Source: Candidatus Heimdallarchaeota archaeon
GTDB taxonomy: Archaea > Asgardarchaeota > Heimdallarchaeia > Hodarchaeales > Hodarchaeaceae
DNA: 62,967 nt
Assembly: GCA_011364965.1 (NCBI GenBank)
Contig: RDOB01000009.1
Span: 1-62,967, forward strand
Direction of reading: 5' to 3'
The notes beneath the pieces are model-generated. The model saw only the letters and a program-made list of their open reading frames with translations, was not told where the DNA came from and ran no database searches. The position numbers were made by a program, and so were the translations under genes. Below are positions 1 through 9,923 of this stretch, in pieces; within the stretch, counting starts at the first letter, position 1; each line of letters begins with the position of its first letter.

Positions 1-1216
1 CTTGACACATCTGGGGAAATGTTTCCAAAAATATCGGAATATCTGATTTTAATCTTTTTACCTTTCGTTGCCATTTGATTTCATCAGGTATGGTTTGAGT
101 TAGAATTTTTTTCCAGCTAATATGGAAATAGGGAATTTTAACCTCTGAAGGAATTTCACCCAATGCTTCTTGGAATAAATCTTTTATTCGTTCTTCACTA
201 TAGAATGTTTTCCGCATTGCGCTAACCATTACGCTTCCATTGGTATAAAGTCTTCCAGCGATATTGGCATACATCATGTGAGGAAGAAACCAATTATGTT
301 CAGAGCAATCTGTATTATATATTTTCCAAATACTCCAATCAGAAGGCTTTAAAATATTTGGAACGAGTTCTCCTACTCCAGTGAATGTCCAAAAATAATC
401 TCCAACCAAACTCTCATTATGATAAGCTAAAACAGGATCATAACCAATAAGCGTAGTTATAGGTCGTGATTGAAGAAGATATAGCTTTCCGTGCCAAATA
501 GCCCATTCGATATCTTGGGGAGCTTTAAAATCCTTTTCAACTTTTGAAGCTAGTGAATATAACTTCTTAGAATATTTCTTGAACTCTTCTGGACCCTTAT
601 ATTTACCCTTTGGACGAGATAATTCGAATTGAAAGGCATCCGATTCTCCTGAAACCAATTGGTCTCCCATACCGTAAATAAAGCTTCCCGACATTGTATT
701 AATACTTCCAGTGACAGGATCAGCCGTGAATAAAACACCTGATATCTCTGAATCAACTAATTGTTGTATAATTACTGCAATTTCATGTTGAAAATCGATC
801 CCCTTTATCTTAGAGTAAGCTTCCACTCGCTCGGATCGTTTTGATGCAAAAACAGTATGAATGGCAGTAAGGATTTCATCATCGTTTTTAACTCCTAGAA
901 TGGTCTCAAATTGCCCCGCAAAGGCCGCAAAAGCCGAGTCTTCTGCCAAGGCTGAGGATCGAACTGCAAAAGTGGCACTTTTGTCTCTTTTCCGATGTTT
1001 TGACAAATAAAATTGAACTTGATCCCACGCTTCAGCCCTTAACTCATCATTTCGAAATGCAGAAGGAAGGATAACAAAACCATCTGGAACTGGATATCCA
1101 AGTTGAAGTAATTGTGCTAAAGCACTTCCTTTGCCTCCTGCTTTAGGGAGGATTTCAGAATCAAGTTCCTTGAAAGAATAAACAACTTTTTCAAGGTTTT
1201 TACTAATAGATTTCAT
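1..1216 (-). CDS. PEP/pyruvate-binding (PPDK_N ATP-grasp) domain protein, rifampin phosphotransferase/PEP synthase-like; runs off the window's left edge
   Basis: Not in the ORF track; hand-translated from ATG 1216: MKSISKNLEKVVYSFKELDSEILPKAGGKGSALAQL...FAVRSSALAEDSAFAAFAGQFET...SGVLFTADPVTG...PQDIEWA...LLQSRPITTL, the PPDK_N motif series. Confidence 0.88.
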   Translation of the reverse strand, partial: MKSISKNLEKVVYSFKELDSEILPKAGGKGSALAQLLQLGYPVPDGFVILPSAFRNDELRAEAWDQVQFYLSKHRKRDKSATFAVRSSALAEDSAFAAFAGQFETILGVKNDDEILTAIHTVFASKRSERVEAYSKIKGIDFQHEIAVIIQQLVDSEISGVLFTADPVTGSINTMSGSFIYGMGDQLVSGESDAFQFELSRPKGKYKGPEEFKKYSKKLYSLASKVEKDFKAPQDIEWAIWHGKLYLLQSRPITTLIGYDPVLAYHNESLVGDYFWTFTGVGELVPNILKPSDWSIWKIYNTDCSEHNWFLPHMMYANIAGRLYTNGSVMVSAMRKTFYSEERIKDLFQEALGEIPSEVKIPYFHISWKKILTQTIPDEIKWQRKVKRLKSDIPIFLETFPQMCQ

Positions 1217-1228
1217 TTCATTCTCACT

Positions 1229-1265
1229 CAATTGCAATTTTTATTATTTTCATGCAATTGCAATT
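1229..1265. promoter_or_regulatory. Two CAATTGCAATT boxes (palindromic core AATTGCAATT); probable operator
   Basis: Exact 11-mer at 1229-1239 and 1255-1265, between the PPDK_N gene and a divergent regulator. Confidence 0.55.
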
Positions 1266-1368
1266 CATCTCAGATCAATGAAAAAGATATATAAAAGGTT
1301 TATCATCTTGGCCATTTCACAATATTATTTATAGTTATAGTCAATATAACCACTTATTAATTTATTTT

Positions 1369-1926
1369 ATGGAAGGGTTTTCTATAAGACATAATCAAAC
1401 AGAAGACTACACCTTATCGGAACATGAGAAGGAATTTCTTACTCTTTATGGCAAGATATTTGAAATAAGGCGGTCAAATAACTTTGGAAGAATCTTTGCT
1501 CTTTTAACCTTAAAAGCACGCTTTGTTGAGAACGGTCTAGATCAACAGGAAATTGTTGATTATTTTAACACCAACTTTCCAAACAATTCGATCTCAGTTA
1601 GTACCGTTAGTCGTATTTTAGCAAAAATGGAACGTAGTAAATATTGTGAAAGTATCCCCTCTCAAGCCCGAAAAAGGAAATATTTCACTCAAGCGAATTT
1701 TTCCCAACTTACCATTGAAAGGATCTCATACAATATCAAAGAGGGGGAAGATTTAATACTTAAATTGCAAAAATTAGCGAATAATCTCACTGATGATGAG
1801 AAAACAAAAAATCCTTATCTTATTGACGTGATTAAGAACTTGGAACAGGTTTATGAAATAATAACAGAGTATTATAAGGTTTCTCTTCAAAAGATCATCC
1901 ATCAACTCGAGGAAATAAACACATAA
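1369..1926 (+). CDS. MarR/GbsR-like winged-helix transcriptional regulator
   Basis: GRIFALL...LDQQEI...ISVSTVSRILAKM HTH, RKRKYF wing, helical C-terminus. Confidence 0.75.
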   Translation: MEGFSIRHNQTEDYTLSEHEKEFLTLYGKIFEIRRSNNFGRIFALLTLKARFVENGLDQQEIVDYFNTNFPNNSISVSTVSRILAKMERSKYCESIPSQARKRKYFTQANFSQLTIERISYNIKEGEDLILKLQKLANNLTDDEKTKNPYLIDVIKNLEQVYEIITEYYKVSLQKIIHQLEEINT

Positions 1927-2165
1927 CTAAAAAAATTCCTTAAATCGCCATCTAATTTGCTTTTTGATTAAATAATTTTATTTTCTCTATTCATGAAATT
2001 TGGGATTTTAAAACCAAGAAGGGAGCTAACTATTGGAAGTGCTTTTTATGCTCTCTCATCATCAACAGATGAATCCATTCCGAGGATTGACACTTTCAGT
2101 CCATAAAACTCAATTGATCATGAATTAAGATTGAAATGTTCTTTTTCTTGGTCTCATTCTTTGAT

Positions 2166-2696
2166 TTACATACTCTTGCGATCCAACTTTAGACGTTCTC
2201 TCACTAAATGTTTAACCACCGCCTCAAGCTCATTTCTATTCTTTAAAGTGCATTCAAAATAGGCACAATTGAGGAATTGCTCAGTTAGTGCTTGTGCTTC
2301 TTCCGTGGAAATCTCTTCAGAATCGGAGGTGATACCAACCACAGCAATGGGAAATTGAGTTGAGTGAGCATGTTTTCTGAATTCCTCGTACCATTTAGGA
2401 ATATCTTGATATGAGGAGCGATCCTTTTTCTCAAAAAAAATAATACAAGCACTTAACCTTGTTTTTATAAACTCCTTTACTCTAGCTCTACTAATTCTAT
2501 AAAATTTTCTCTGAGATGAAATTCTGACAAGAAATAACTTTACGATATAATTGTCAATCGTGATTTTCTTTGTATCTACAGCTATACCTAATGCATCAAA
2601 ATAGTCTTCTTGAAACTTGGATTCGGTATAAATAGTTACAAACTTTTTGGATACTTCAGAACTCCCAATTAAAACGATTTTGAAAAAATGCTCCAT
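2166..2696 (-). CDS. Rab-like small GTPase homolog with degenerate G motifs (pseudo-GTPase)
   Basis: FKIVLIG, FQEDY, KKITID..VKL, YFEC scaffold. G1 reads GSSEVSKK, G3 reads RISSQ, G4 reads GITSD. Confidence 0.8.
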   Translation of the reverse strand: MEHFFKIVLIGSSEVSKKFVTIYTESKFQEDYFDALGIAVDTKKITIDNYIVKLFLVRISSQRKFYRISRARVKEFIKTRLSACIIFFEKKDRSSYQDIPKWYEEFRKHAHSTQFPIAVVGITSDSEEISTEEAQALTEQFLNCAYFECTLKNRNELEAVVKHLVRERLKLDRKSM

Positions 2697-2782
2697 TAGA
2701 AATTCCCTTTTCTATTTTGTTATGTTACTAATCACACCTCAGAATTAGAGCTTTACTATTTAATCATTCCTCTTTTTTTTTT

Positions 2783-2970
2783 GGTCTACAGCTTGATAGG
2801 ACGTGTGTGGAACAGCCCGTAAGCCAAGCAGGTGTTGATATCACGGACAATATTGCGTTGGGGCAATGGGCACGTAAGCAGGGGTTAGATAGCTTCCGAG
2901 TGCAGAACGTGTCAACTGGGAAGGAAAAACCCCTGTGGACCTCGTTGCCGTGATGGTTCGACATCAGACT
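2783..2970 (+). ncRNA. Candidate structured non-coding RNA, family unknown
   Basis: About 53% GC by hand count in an AT-rich intergenic region. Nested helices: GGTCT/AGACT, GCTTG/CAAGC, GGTGTTGA-TATCACGG/CCGTGATG-TCGACATC, TATTGC/GCAATG, CAGGGGTT/AACCCCTG, CTTCC/GGAAG. G-U pairs favour the + strand. Confidence 0.6.
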
Positions 2971-3320
2971 CATAATCGGGATCCCCTTAAAAGGTGGACT
3001 TATAACTGGTTTCTATATCTCACCAATTGCTAGCTGTCCTCTCTTAATAGCATTTAGTGATATTAGCAGCATATTAGAGCATTATTATCATTTTGTTTCA
3101 TTAATTATGATAATAATTCTATTTTCCTTGGGAATTATCTACCTATTTATGTTGAAATCCTTCTTAATGAGGGGTAATAGGCTATTATTCATAAATAAAT
3201 AAAATTCAATACCTACATGGAGACTTGTAAAACATGAGGAGAGAGGAAAGTCCCTCATCTTTTTTTTCTTTTTGGGAGCTTAAGAATAATTTTAGCAAGT
3301 CCCAGTGGAAGTGAACTTTA

Positions 3321-3938
3321 TTGCTTTCACAAAGACAATTGACAAATCCATTCCGTCCCTTAAAAATTGTGATACTAGGAGAAGGAGGAGTTGGAAAAAC
3401 TACACTGGCCAAAACGTTCATAGATAACAGTTTCTTTGCAAACGCAAAGCAAACTATTGCTGTAGCGTTTCATTCGACTTTTTTCCGCCTTTCGGATCAA
3501 GAAACTAAAGCTAAACTTCAGCTATGGGATTTAGGAGGACAAGAACAATTCAAACGTATGGGAGTATTCCAAAATTATTGCAAAGGGTCAGATGGTGCTA
3601 TTCTTTGTTTTGATTTAACAGATTTGGGCTCATTATATGCTTTATCAGAGTGGGTAAGTTATCTTTCCCCTGATACACCCAAATTTTTAATAGGTACAAA
3701 AATGGATATTGCGTCAGTTGATGAACAGAATGTAAATTTACAACAGAGTCAAATACGCTTAAATTGCGAATTCGCCATGAAAATGACATCAAAAGATATT
3801 AGTACTGTAATAGAAACATTTCGTCATATTTTACTCTCGATTCAGCAACATAAATATAAAATGGGGTATTGTCAGGTTGAATCAACGGAAAAACAACCGA
3901 AATGGATGAAAATCATCCCAAAATTGATATCTTCTTAA
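3321..3938 (+). CDS. Rab-like small GTPase
   Basis: GEGGVGKT, WDLGGQ, TKMD motifs. Confidence 0.92.
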   Translation: MLSQRQLTNPFRPLKIVILGEGGVGKTTLAKTFIDNSFFANAKQTIAVAFHSTFFRLSDQETKAKLQLWDLGGQEQFKRMGVFQNYCKGSDGAILCFDLTDLGSLYALSEWVSYLSPDTPKFLIGTKMDIASVDEQNVNLQQSQIRLNCEFAMKMTSKDISTVIETFRHILLSIQQHKYKMGYCQVESTEKQPKWMKIIPKLISS

Positions 3939-3945
3939 GAAGGTA

Positions 3946-5055
3946 TCAGAAAAGTGGAGTAATGGGGTCTAGTATTGAATATTTTTCTTCAGGAATATTG
4001 TCTCCTGTGGCAAGTAATAGATTCTCTACAAAACTGGCTGCCTCATTGATATCTTTAAAATCAAAAACGTTGATATACTTAGATCCTAAACACAACCATT
4101 CTGTTTTTGACGATAAATCATTTATTTTATGGGTAAATTGAAGAATATCAGCTTCTTGAGCTAATAATCTTTCATATATTACCGTTTCAATTAGAGAAGA
4201 TGTTATTTTCTCAATAACCATCTGAGGTTCGTCTCCTGCTTTTGGATATAATTTTTGTAGACGATTCCAAGAAGCATCTAATTCTAGCATCGTTGGTCGC
4301 ATATCATTTAAGAGAGCTAATTGATCTAGTGATAAATCTGATCCCATAAGGGCGATAGCTAACGCGCGAGCGAAAATTCGAGCATTTACGAGACTCAATT
4401 CTGGCAATTTACGTTTTCCAAGTCTTGCATTTCCGGGAACTAATTCAGAGAAATATTCTTGTTCCAAACTATTCACAATAACCTGTTCAAGTTGTGTAAA
4501 GGAAATTTTATAAGAACTGAGCTTAAGATGCCTTGGAATAATATGAAAACCCCGGCTATAATAATCTATACTACATTCACTCGCCTTAGCTATAGTTTCA
4601 CAGATTTTCTCGGCAATTTTTGGAGTTTCCTCTTTCAATCGTTCATTTAAATCTCTCTTTGTAACAATAATCCCTAAAGGAAAGTTTTTATATGGAATTA
4701 CCTTGGATATGTTAATTATTTGTTCCAACGAATTCTCCCAAAATCCTTTTGTGCTAGCATCAACAATTACAATAGCGCCTTCCGCTGTAGCACCGAATCT
4801 TTCTCGGAGAGTATGCCATTTCTCTTGTCCTCCTATTGGAAGTAATAAACCAAAGAAAGAATCTTGTCTATAACTCACTTTGAAATATTCGGTTTCAATG
4901 GTACCCCCAAAATCCTCACGGTATTTTGTATCATGTTCAGTTCGAGCAGCAAGCTGTGTTACAAAGGCTGTTTTTCCTCCCGCTTGAGTTCCGACAACTA
5001 ATATTCTACCGGCATTTATTTGTTCCTTTACTTCAGTTTCCATTGCTGTCACCAT
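3946..5055 (-). CDS. Atypical Ras-superfamily GTPase with a long helical insertion or extension
   Basis: GTQAGGKT, GTIETE, PIGGQ, TKRD in the first ~135 aa, followed by ~230 aa of unrecognised sequence. Confidence 0.8.
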   Translation of the reverse strand: MVTAMETEVKEQINAGRILVVGTQAGGKTAFVTQLAARTEHDTKYREDFGGTIETEYFKVSYRQDSFFGLLLPIGGQEKWHTLRERFGATAEGAIVIVDASTKGFWENSLEQIINISKVIPYKNFPLGIIVTKRDLNERLKEETPKIAEKICETIAKASECSIDYYSRGFHIIPRHLKLSSYKISFTQLEQVIVNSLEQEYFSELVPGNARLGKRKLPELSLVNARIFARALAIALMGSDLSLDQLALLNDMRPTMLELDASWNRLQKLYPKAGDEPQMVIEKITSSLIETVIYERLLAQEADILQFTHKINDLSSKTEWLCLGSKYINVFDFKDINEAASFVENLLLATGDNIPEEKYSILDPITPLF

Positions 5056-5067
5056 ATTCTAGTATCA

Positions 5068-8000
5068 TTATATCATTCCAGATAAAAATGTCATTAAATC
5101 ACGAGGATCTTTGGCATTAACACGATCTAAAAGAGGCTCCAATTGATTTTGGGATGGCTCTCTGTTTAAAAATCTGTGAGGACGGAATATTACTTCCACA
5201 GGGTCAATACCATTTATATCATCAATATTAGTCTCCCTAAAAATCAGTGTTCTGAGGATGTCACCTTCTTGGCTATAATATGCAATATAGGTTTGTTCAT
5301 TAATATGAAAAACTGATTGCCTAAGAAAAATGCTTTGCTGGCCATAAAGAGATTCCGTGAAAGATACTTGCATGTAATCTGATATTAGAGTCTCCAATGA
5401 TTTATTTACATGCCTATACCAAGGATAACCAGAAATTTGAGCAAAGCGATATTGATATATGAATCCAGATCGTCCCCAAACATTCAGATAATCAGGATTT
5501 TCTATTGTATCAGATTTTTGAAGCTGAGGTTCAGTTATAAATTCTGTTAGAAAGATTGGAACGAATTTTTTCGAAATAACTAGATGAGATTTATCCTCAT
5601 CTTGAAAAATACTTTTAATGAGTCGAACCGCATCTGGTTCTTCATAAACAAGTAATTCTTCTAAGATAGTAATAAGCAAACTACCAATTCCGTTCCATAC
5701 CCGTTTAGGAAGCTGATTTGTACGAATCCAATTCCCCTCAGCAATATCATTTCTATTAACTCTTCCAGAAAGAACACTATTACTTAATTGTTGACAAATC
5801 TCTAAAACATCAAACTTAGGTTGTTTGTCAGAGACTAAGAAAAGTGTAGACCGTAATATGCCCCCTGAAGTTCCAGAGTAATCATAAATCCAAGCTTGGG
5901 ATGCTAGGCGACTTACATCCCCTATTTCAAATTGAGCGCTTTTCATATACACTTGTTCTTGCTTCAATTCATGAAAAGGGGCAAGAATTTGCTCAAGAAG
6001 ATTTTCCAGCCCTTCTACATTACCCAAAACCTCCTTCCTTCTATGTTTATCCATAAACGATAAACCAATCAAATGTTGCCTTTGATGAGACCTATCATGA
6101 GATTCTGATAATTCAGATTCAGTAGAAATGGATCTTTGCCGTATTATTCCATTCAACCATTCAATGAACTGACCAATTGGATATCGATCAGTTGAAGAAT
6201 CATATATATCATACATACCTCGTTTTTCTTCATTTTTTATTTCAGGAACTAATTCTTTCAATATAGTATTCACTTGTCTTTCATTAAATTGGCCATCGTT
6301 TTTGTCCCTTTGATATTTGGACCATTCGAACTGTTCTTCAATTTTCTGGAATTGAAGTCGGGATTCTATAATTGTATCAAGTTGACGATCAACATTTCGT
6401 TGACGTTGTTTACTCAGATCTTCTCCGAGTAAAGTAAGGGCTAAAGAATCTGTATAGAGATTATTCTTATCGTAAGCAACGTTTGGTCCAAGATAACGTG
6501 TTTCTACTTCTTTACAGGCCTCAGATACCGTTCGATATTCAGTGTGTGGCCATAAGACAAGCCCAAATGCTGTGGAGACGCTATATCTTTTAGCAAGTTT
6601 CAACAACTGCTCTCTACGTTTGACGATACTTTTTTTAAGCTCCAAAATTTCTTCTAATTGCAACCCGAGAAGAGTATCATTTTTTATATCCCTCCAATAC
6701 TTACCAGAGATTTCTTTTAGTTGAAGAGTTGTTTTGGTCTGTAATTCCTGTAGATGGACTTCTAATTCGGATAAATCATCGTATATTGGTGCTATTACGG
6801 GTGTTAACCATGTTTGAAGCATGTTTAAGGATGTAAAAAATTTCTGACTAATTAATCGATTTTTTGGATTTTCCAGCTGTGTTACCAAGTTCCGTGTTTG
6901 TCTTATGATTTCTAATTGTGGGATTAAATACTCAATCCCTCTTTCTCCAAATTGCAGCTCAATTTTTTCAATTGCATTCTCTCGTTTAAATTGATCAAGC
7001 ATCAGATTTTGTTTTTGATCATATAGAATATTTAAGAATTGGAATTGAGTTTGATAAAGACCTTTGAATATAGAATCTAGGATTGCCTGCTTCCTTAATG
7101 GAAGCATATCTATACCTGCAAATAGGAGTTCATTTGATTTCAAAGTGAGAATTGAATTATAATAATCAACGACTGGGATTGGGTTCTGATCTACAAATCG
7201 AAACGCTTCATTTCCATACTGTTTCAATAGAGATTGTGGAGTATCAGTTGTTCCTGCAATTTCTTCTCTCAGGTCTTGGTCACCCGCGCTTCGTTTGAAC
7301 TCCTCAACCTCGTGTTTAAGATTTTCAAAAAATTGTTCTGCTCGGGGTACAAGTATTGTATAAGGTTTTTTTATTAATTCAATCAGCTCATCCTCTTTTT
7401 CTTCCTCAACTAAAGAATTAAGCTGATTAAAGGATTCCAAGACTTCTTCTTGAACATCCATGGTTAATATCTGCTTTCTCAAATTATTACGACGCTTGTT
7501 AAGAACAAGTCGTGCCTGTTGTCGAGACATGCCTTCAGGCTCTGGAATTTGTTGCCCAAAATGACGAACTATTGACTCCAATACAGAGAGTGCAAAGAAC
7601 TGATTTAAGCGTTCGTTTTGAAAATCTTCAAGATCTACAGAAAGAAGAGACAAATCCTTGCCTAGGATATTAAAAAGGTGATTCCTTTTTTTTATGAAAT
7701 GTATAATTTCAGATGCGTAATTTTTAAAGTGTGATTTTGCAGTATATTCATTTTTCAACAATGTCAAAAGTCTTTCTTTATGTTGGTACAGTTGATAGAA
7801 CCTTAGAACTTGAACTATTAAATTAGCATAATTAGAAGGCGGATATTCTTCTAAAAATGAATCTTTATGAGTTTCAAGCTGTTTACGAAAAGGAGGGTCA
7901 AACTGAAGAATATTGTACAAAAATAGAATGAAAACTCTTCGAGAATAGTACTCAGGGTCATCTCCGCCAAGATATTTCAATAGAAAATTGATTTTTAAGC

Positions 8001-8706
8001 GAACTTCAGCGTTATCTATTCCTATCCAAGGTTTAAGATTCTCTTCTGAGATATTCGGACTAGCAAATCTCTTAACCAAGATTTTATCACTTTGTTCGAC
8101 ATCTAGTAAGGCCGTTACTACCTCAATAAGCTCTTCATCAGTTAAAACATAAAGATGGTCTTTAATTATATTTAATAATCCATAAAACTCAATTTGGCAC
8201 TTAGAAAATTTTAAAGCTCTTTCCTCTGGATCTAATCTATATTTCTCGAAAACTGACCCTGGTTGATCAGATGGAATAGATTCAGGGGGATCTAGTTCAG
8301 TTAATAAGGTTTTTCGAGCTTGGAGATATTTTCCTTCTATATCATTGGATTCAGAAAGGAGAGATGTGCGCAAGATGAAATCCAACTCGTTCTCGGGCAT
8401 AGGAGGAAGAAGGTGAAGGGAATCTATAAAGAATGTTAACTTGGAGTATCTTTCTCTGACAACATATTCCTGTGTTGCCATTACCCTTTGAATAATCGTA
8501 TTTCTGATACCAGTTGCATCCCAAGCATGAACAGTATCATCGTGCTTCAATAACGATTGACGATAAGCTTGAGCTTCCTTTGTCCCGACTTCTATTGGAT
8601 ATCTAACATAATATGTATCTCCGAATACTGGGGATGCCCATTTAGTTTTTGTTAATAGCTCTTGCCAGAATTGATATGATTCTTCGAACCCTGCCATCAT
8701 ATTCAC
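5068..8706 (-). CDS. Large helical/coiled-coil protein, possibly with C-terminal longin/uDENN-like domains
   Basis: 1212-aa ORF rich in L/E/Q/K, ending 12 nt before the GTPase start. The domain call is inference only. Confidence 0.7.
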   Translation of the reverse strand: MNMMAGFEESYQFWQELLTKTKWASPVFGDTYYVRYPIEVGTKEAQAYRQSLLKHDDTVHAWDATGIRNTIIQRVMATQEYVVRERYSKLTFFIDSLHLLPPMPENELDFILRTSLLSESNDIEGKYLQARKTLLTELDPPESIPSDQPGSVFEKYRLDPEERALKFSKCQIEFYGLLNIIKDHLYVLTDEELIEVVTALLDVEQSDKILVKRFASPNISEENLKPWIGIDNAEVRLKINFLLKYLGGDDPEYYSRRVFILFLYNILQFDPPFRKQLETHKDSFLEEYPPSNYANLIVQVLRFYQLYQHKERLLTLLKNEYTAKSHFKNYASEIIHFIKKRNHLFNILGKDLSLLSVDLEDFQNERLNQFFALSVLESIVRHFGQQIPEPEGMSRQQARLVLNKRRNNLRKQILTMDVQEEVLESFNQLNSLVEEEKEDELIELIKKPYTILVPRAEQFFENLKHEVEEFKRSAGDQDLREEIAGTTDTPQSLLKQYGNEAFRFVDQNPIPVVDYYNSILTLKSNELLFAGIDMLPLRKQAILDSIFKGLYQTQFQFLNILYDQKQNLMLDQFKRENAIEKIELQFGERGIEYLIPQLEIIRQTRNLVTQLENPKNRLISQKFFTSLNMLQTWLTPVIAPIYDDLSELEVHLQELQTKTTLQLKEISGKYWRDIKNDTLLGLQLEEILELKKSIVKRREQLLKLAKRYSVSTAFGLVLWPHTEYRTVSEACKEVETRYLGPNVAYDKNNLYTDSLALTLLGEDLSKQRQRNVDRQLDTIIESRLQFQKIEEQFEWSKYQRDKNDGQFNERQVNTILKELVPEIKNEEKRGMYDIYDSSTDRYPIGQFIEWLNGIIRQRSISTESELSESHDRSHQRQHLIGLSFMDKHRRKEVLGNVEGLENLLEQILAPFHELKQEQVYMKSAQFEIGDVSRLASQAWIYDYSGTSGGILRSTLFLVSDKQPKFDVLEICQQLSNSVLSGRVNRNDIAEGNWIRTNQLPKRVWNGIGSLLITILEELLVYEEPDAVRLIKSIFQDEDKSHLVISKKFVPIFLTEFITEPQLQKSDTIENPDYLNVWGRSGFIYQYRFAQISGYPWYRHVNKSLETLISDYMQVSFTESLYGQQSIFLRQSVFHINEQTYIAYYSQEGDILRTLIFRETNIDDINGIDPVEVIFRPHRFLNREPSQNQLEPLLDRVNAKDPRDLMTFLSGMI

Positions 8707-8985
8707 CGAATTGTCCTAGTTAATCAAATTGAGAGAGAATAAGATTATTTGTGGGACTAAGTGATTAAACCCTACAATATTTTCATATAAACAATTACAT
8801 TTGGATCTAAATATCATGAGTAAATTTGGATTTAAGACATAAAAGACATAAAAATGAGGACGAATTCTTATTAAATATCTGGAATGTTATTTTTATCTAA
8901 TAATGCATTATTTCTGAACCAAGATTTTGATCCAATAATCTTCTATTGTTTTATGATAAAATTCAATCAAGCTAAACGAAACCTT

Positions 8986-9762
8986 CTACTTTTTTGCGAA
9001 AATGACGATAACTGAGGCTGGAGCGTATCCATTTTCTTGAATATAATTTTTAATATGGTTCACTTGATCTTTTATGTCATTATATTCATTAAAACTCTTA
9101 ATACTCTTCAAGCTTGTCTCAATTGATCTTAATCCAATATTTATCATCTTATTACTCTTAGTATCAGTACACTTCTCAATATATTTACATAAAGCACACT
9201 TCACAGGTTTTTTAGAAACATAACTTTCGATACATTGAAAACCAACCATTTCTAGCATGCTAAGTATTTCCTTCTGTAAGTAAAATCCATGGTGGTATTT
9301 TCCGCGAAGAATATCATTCCTTGAAAGAAAACGATGAATTTTTACATCAGAAAGTTGGGCTTTTGATTGATTGGAGTCAGAAAATGATTCATGAAGGATA
9401 AAATTCCCTTTTTTGTTTAAAATTCTTCTTATCTCCTTTAAAACCTTAATAGGGTCTTTGAGATGATGTAAGGATTCGGAAGTTGACACTAAATCAAATG
9501 ATTCATCCTGAAAACCCATATTTCCTGCATTCATAGATAAGAAATTAAAACTATGTGTTTTAAAAGTTTTAAATGCTTTATTCAGGGCCTTTTGGTCTAT
9601 ATCTACCCCAGTAAATGTGTTGTAGGACTTCAATATTTTTGTTAATGCTTTAATAAAATTTCCATCGCCTGTAGCAACATCCAATGCATTTTTGCTGACG
9701 ATGTCTCCAAACTTCTGAAAAATCGTTCGCAATTGACCATCATTGTCGGGTTCTTGACTCAT
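8986..9762 (-). CDS. Class I SAM-dependent methyltransferase
   Basis: ALDVATGDG, GVDID, FDLV..SLHH motifs. Confidence 0.9.
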   Translation of the reverse strand: MSQEPDNDGQLRTIFQKFGDIVSKNALDVATGDGNFIKALTKILKSYNTFTGVDIDQKALNKAFKTFKTHSFNFLSMNAGNMGFQDESFDLVSTSESLHHLKDPIKVLKEIRRILNKKGNFILHESFSDSNQSKAQLSDVKIHRFLSRNDILRGKYHHGFYLQKEILSMLEMVGFQCIESYVSKKPVKCALCKYIEKCTDTKSNKMINIGLRSIETSLKSIKSFNEYNDIKDQVNHIKNYIQENGYAPASVIVIFAKK

Positions 9763-9923
9763 AATTTTCTCGTCTCCCTTTAAGATTATTAAAGATTTGG
9801 ATTTTTTTTTAAAATTCTTAAATACGTCTAAAAGTCTTATAAAATCAACCTATACTCAGAATAACTTTAAATTTCACATTTTTCATCTCTTAAGAGTTTA
9901 AAAATGAAAATTATTTTATAAAA

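Noticed and set aside
2764-2973. 69-aa minus-strand ORF
   Set aside because: No recognisable motif and atypical GC content; better explained as antisense to a structured RNA, though not excluded.
2952-2980. tRNA-like words GGTTCGA and CTCATAA (Met anticodon loop)
   Set aside because: Wrong order and no cloverleaf; these bases fit the larger RNA fold better.
3243-3253. GAGGAAAGTCC, identical to the RNase P RNA conserved region I
   Set aside because: It is followed by a T-run and a GTPase CDS. There is no CR-V partner or GC-rich body, only a small ATGAGG/CCTCAT hairpin.
8834-8853. AAGACATAA tandem repeat upstream of the 1212-aa gene
   Set aside because: Two copies in AT-rich DNA; too weak to call.
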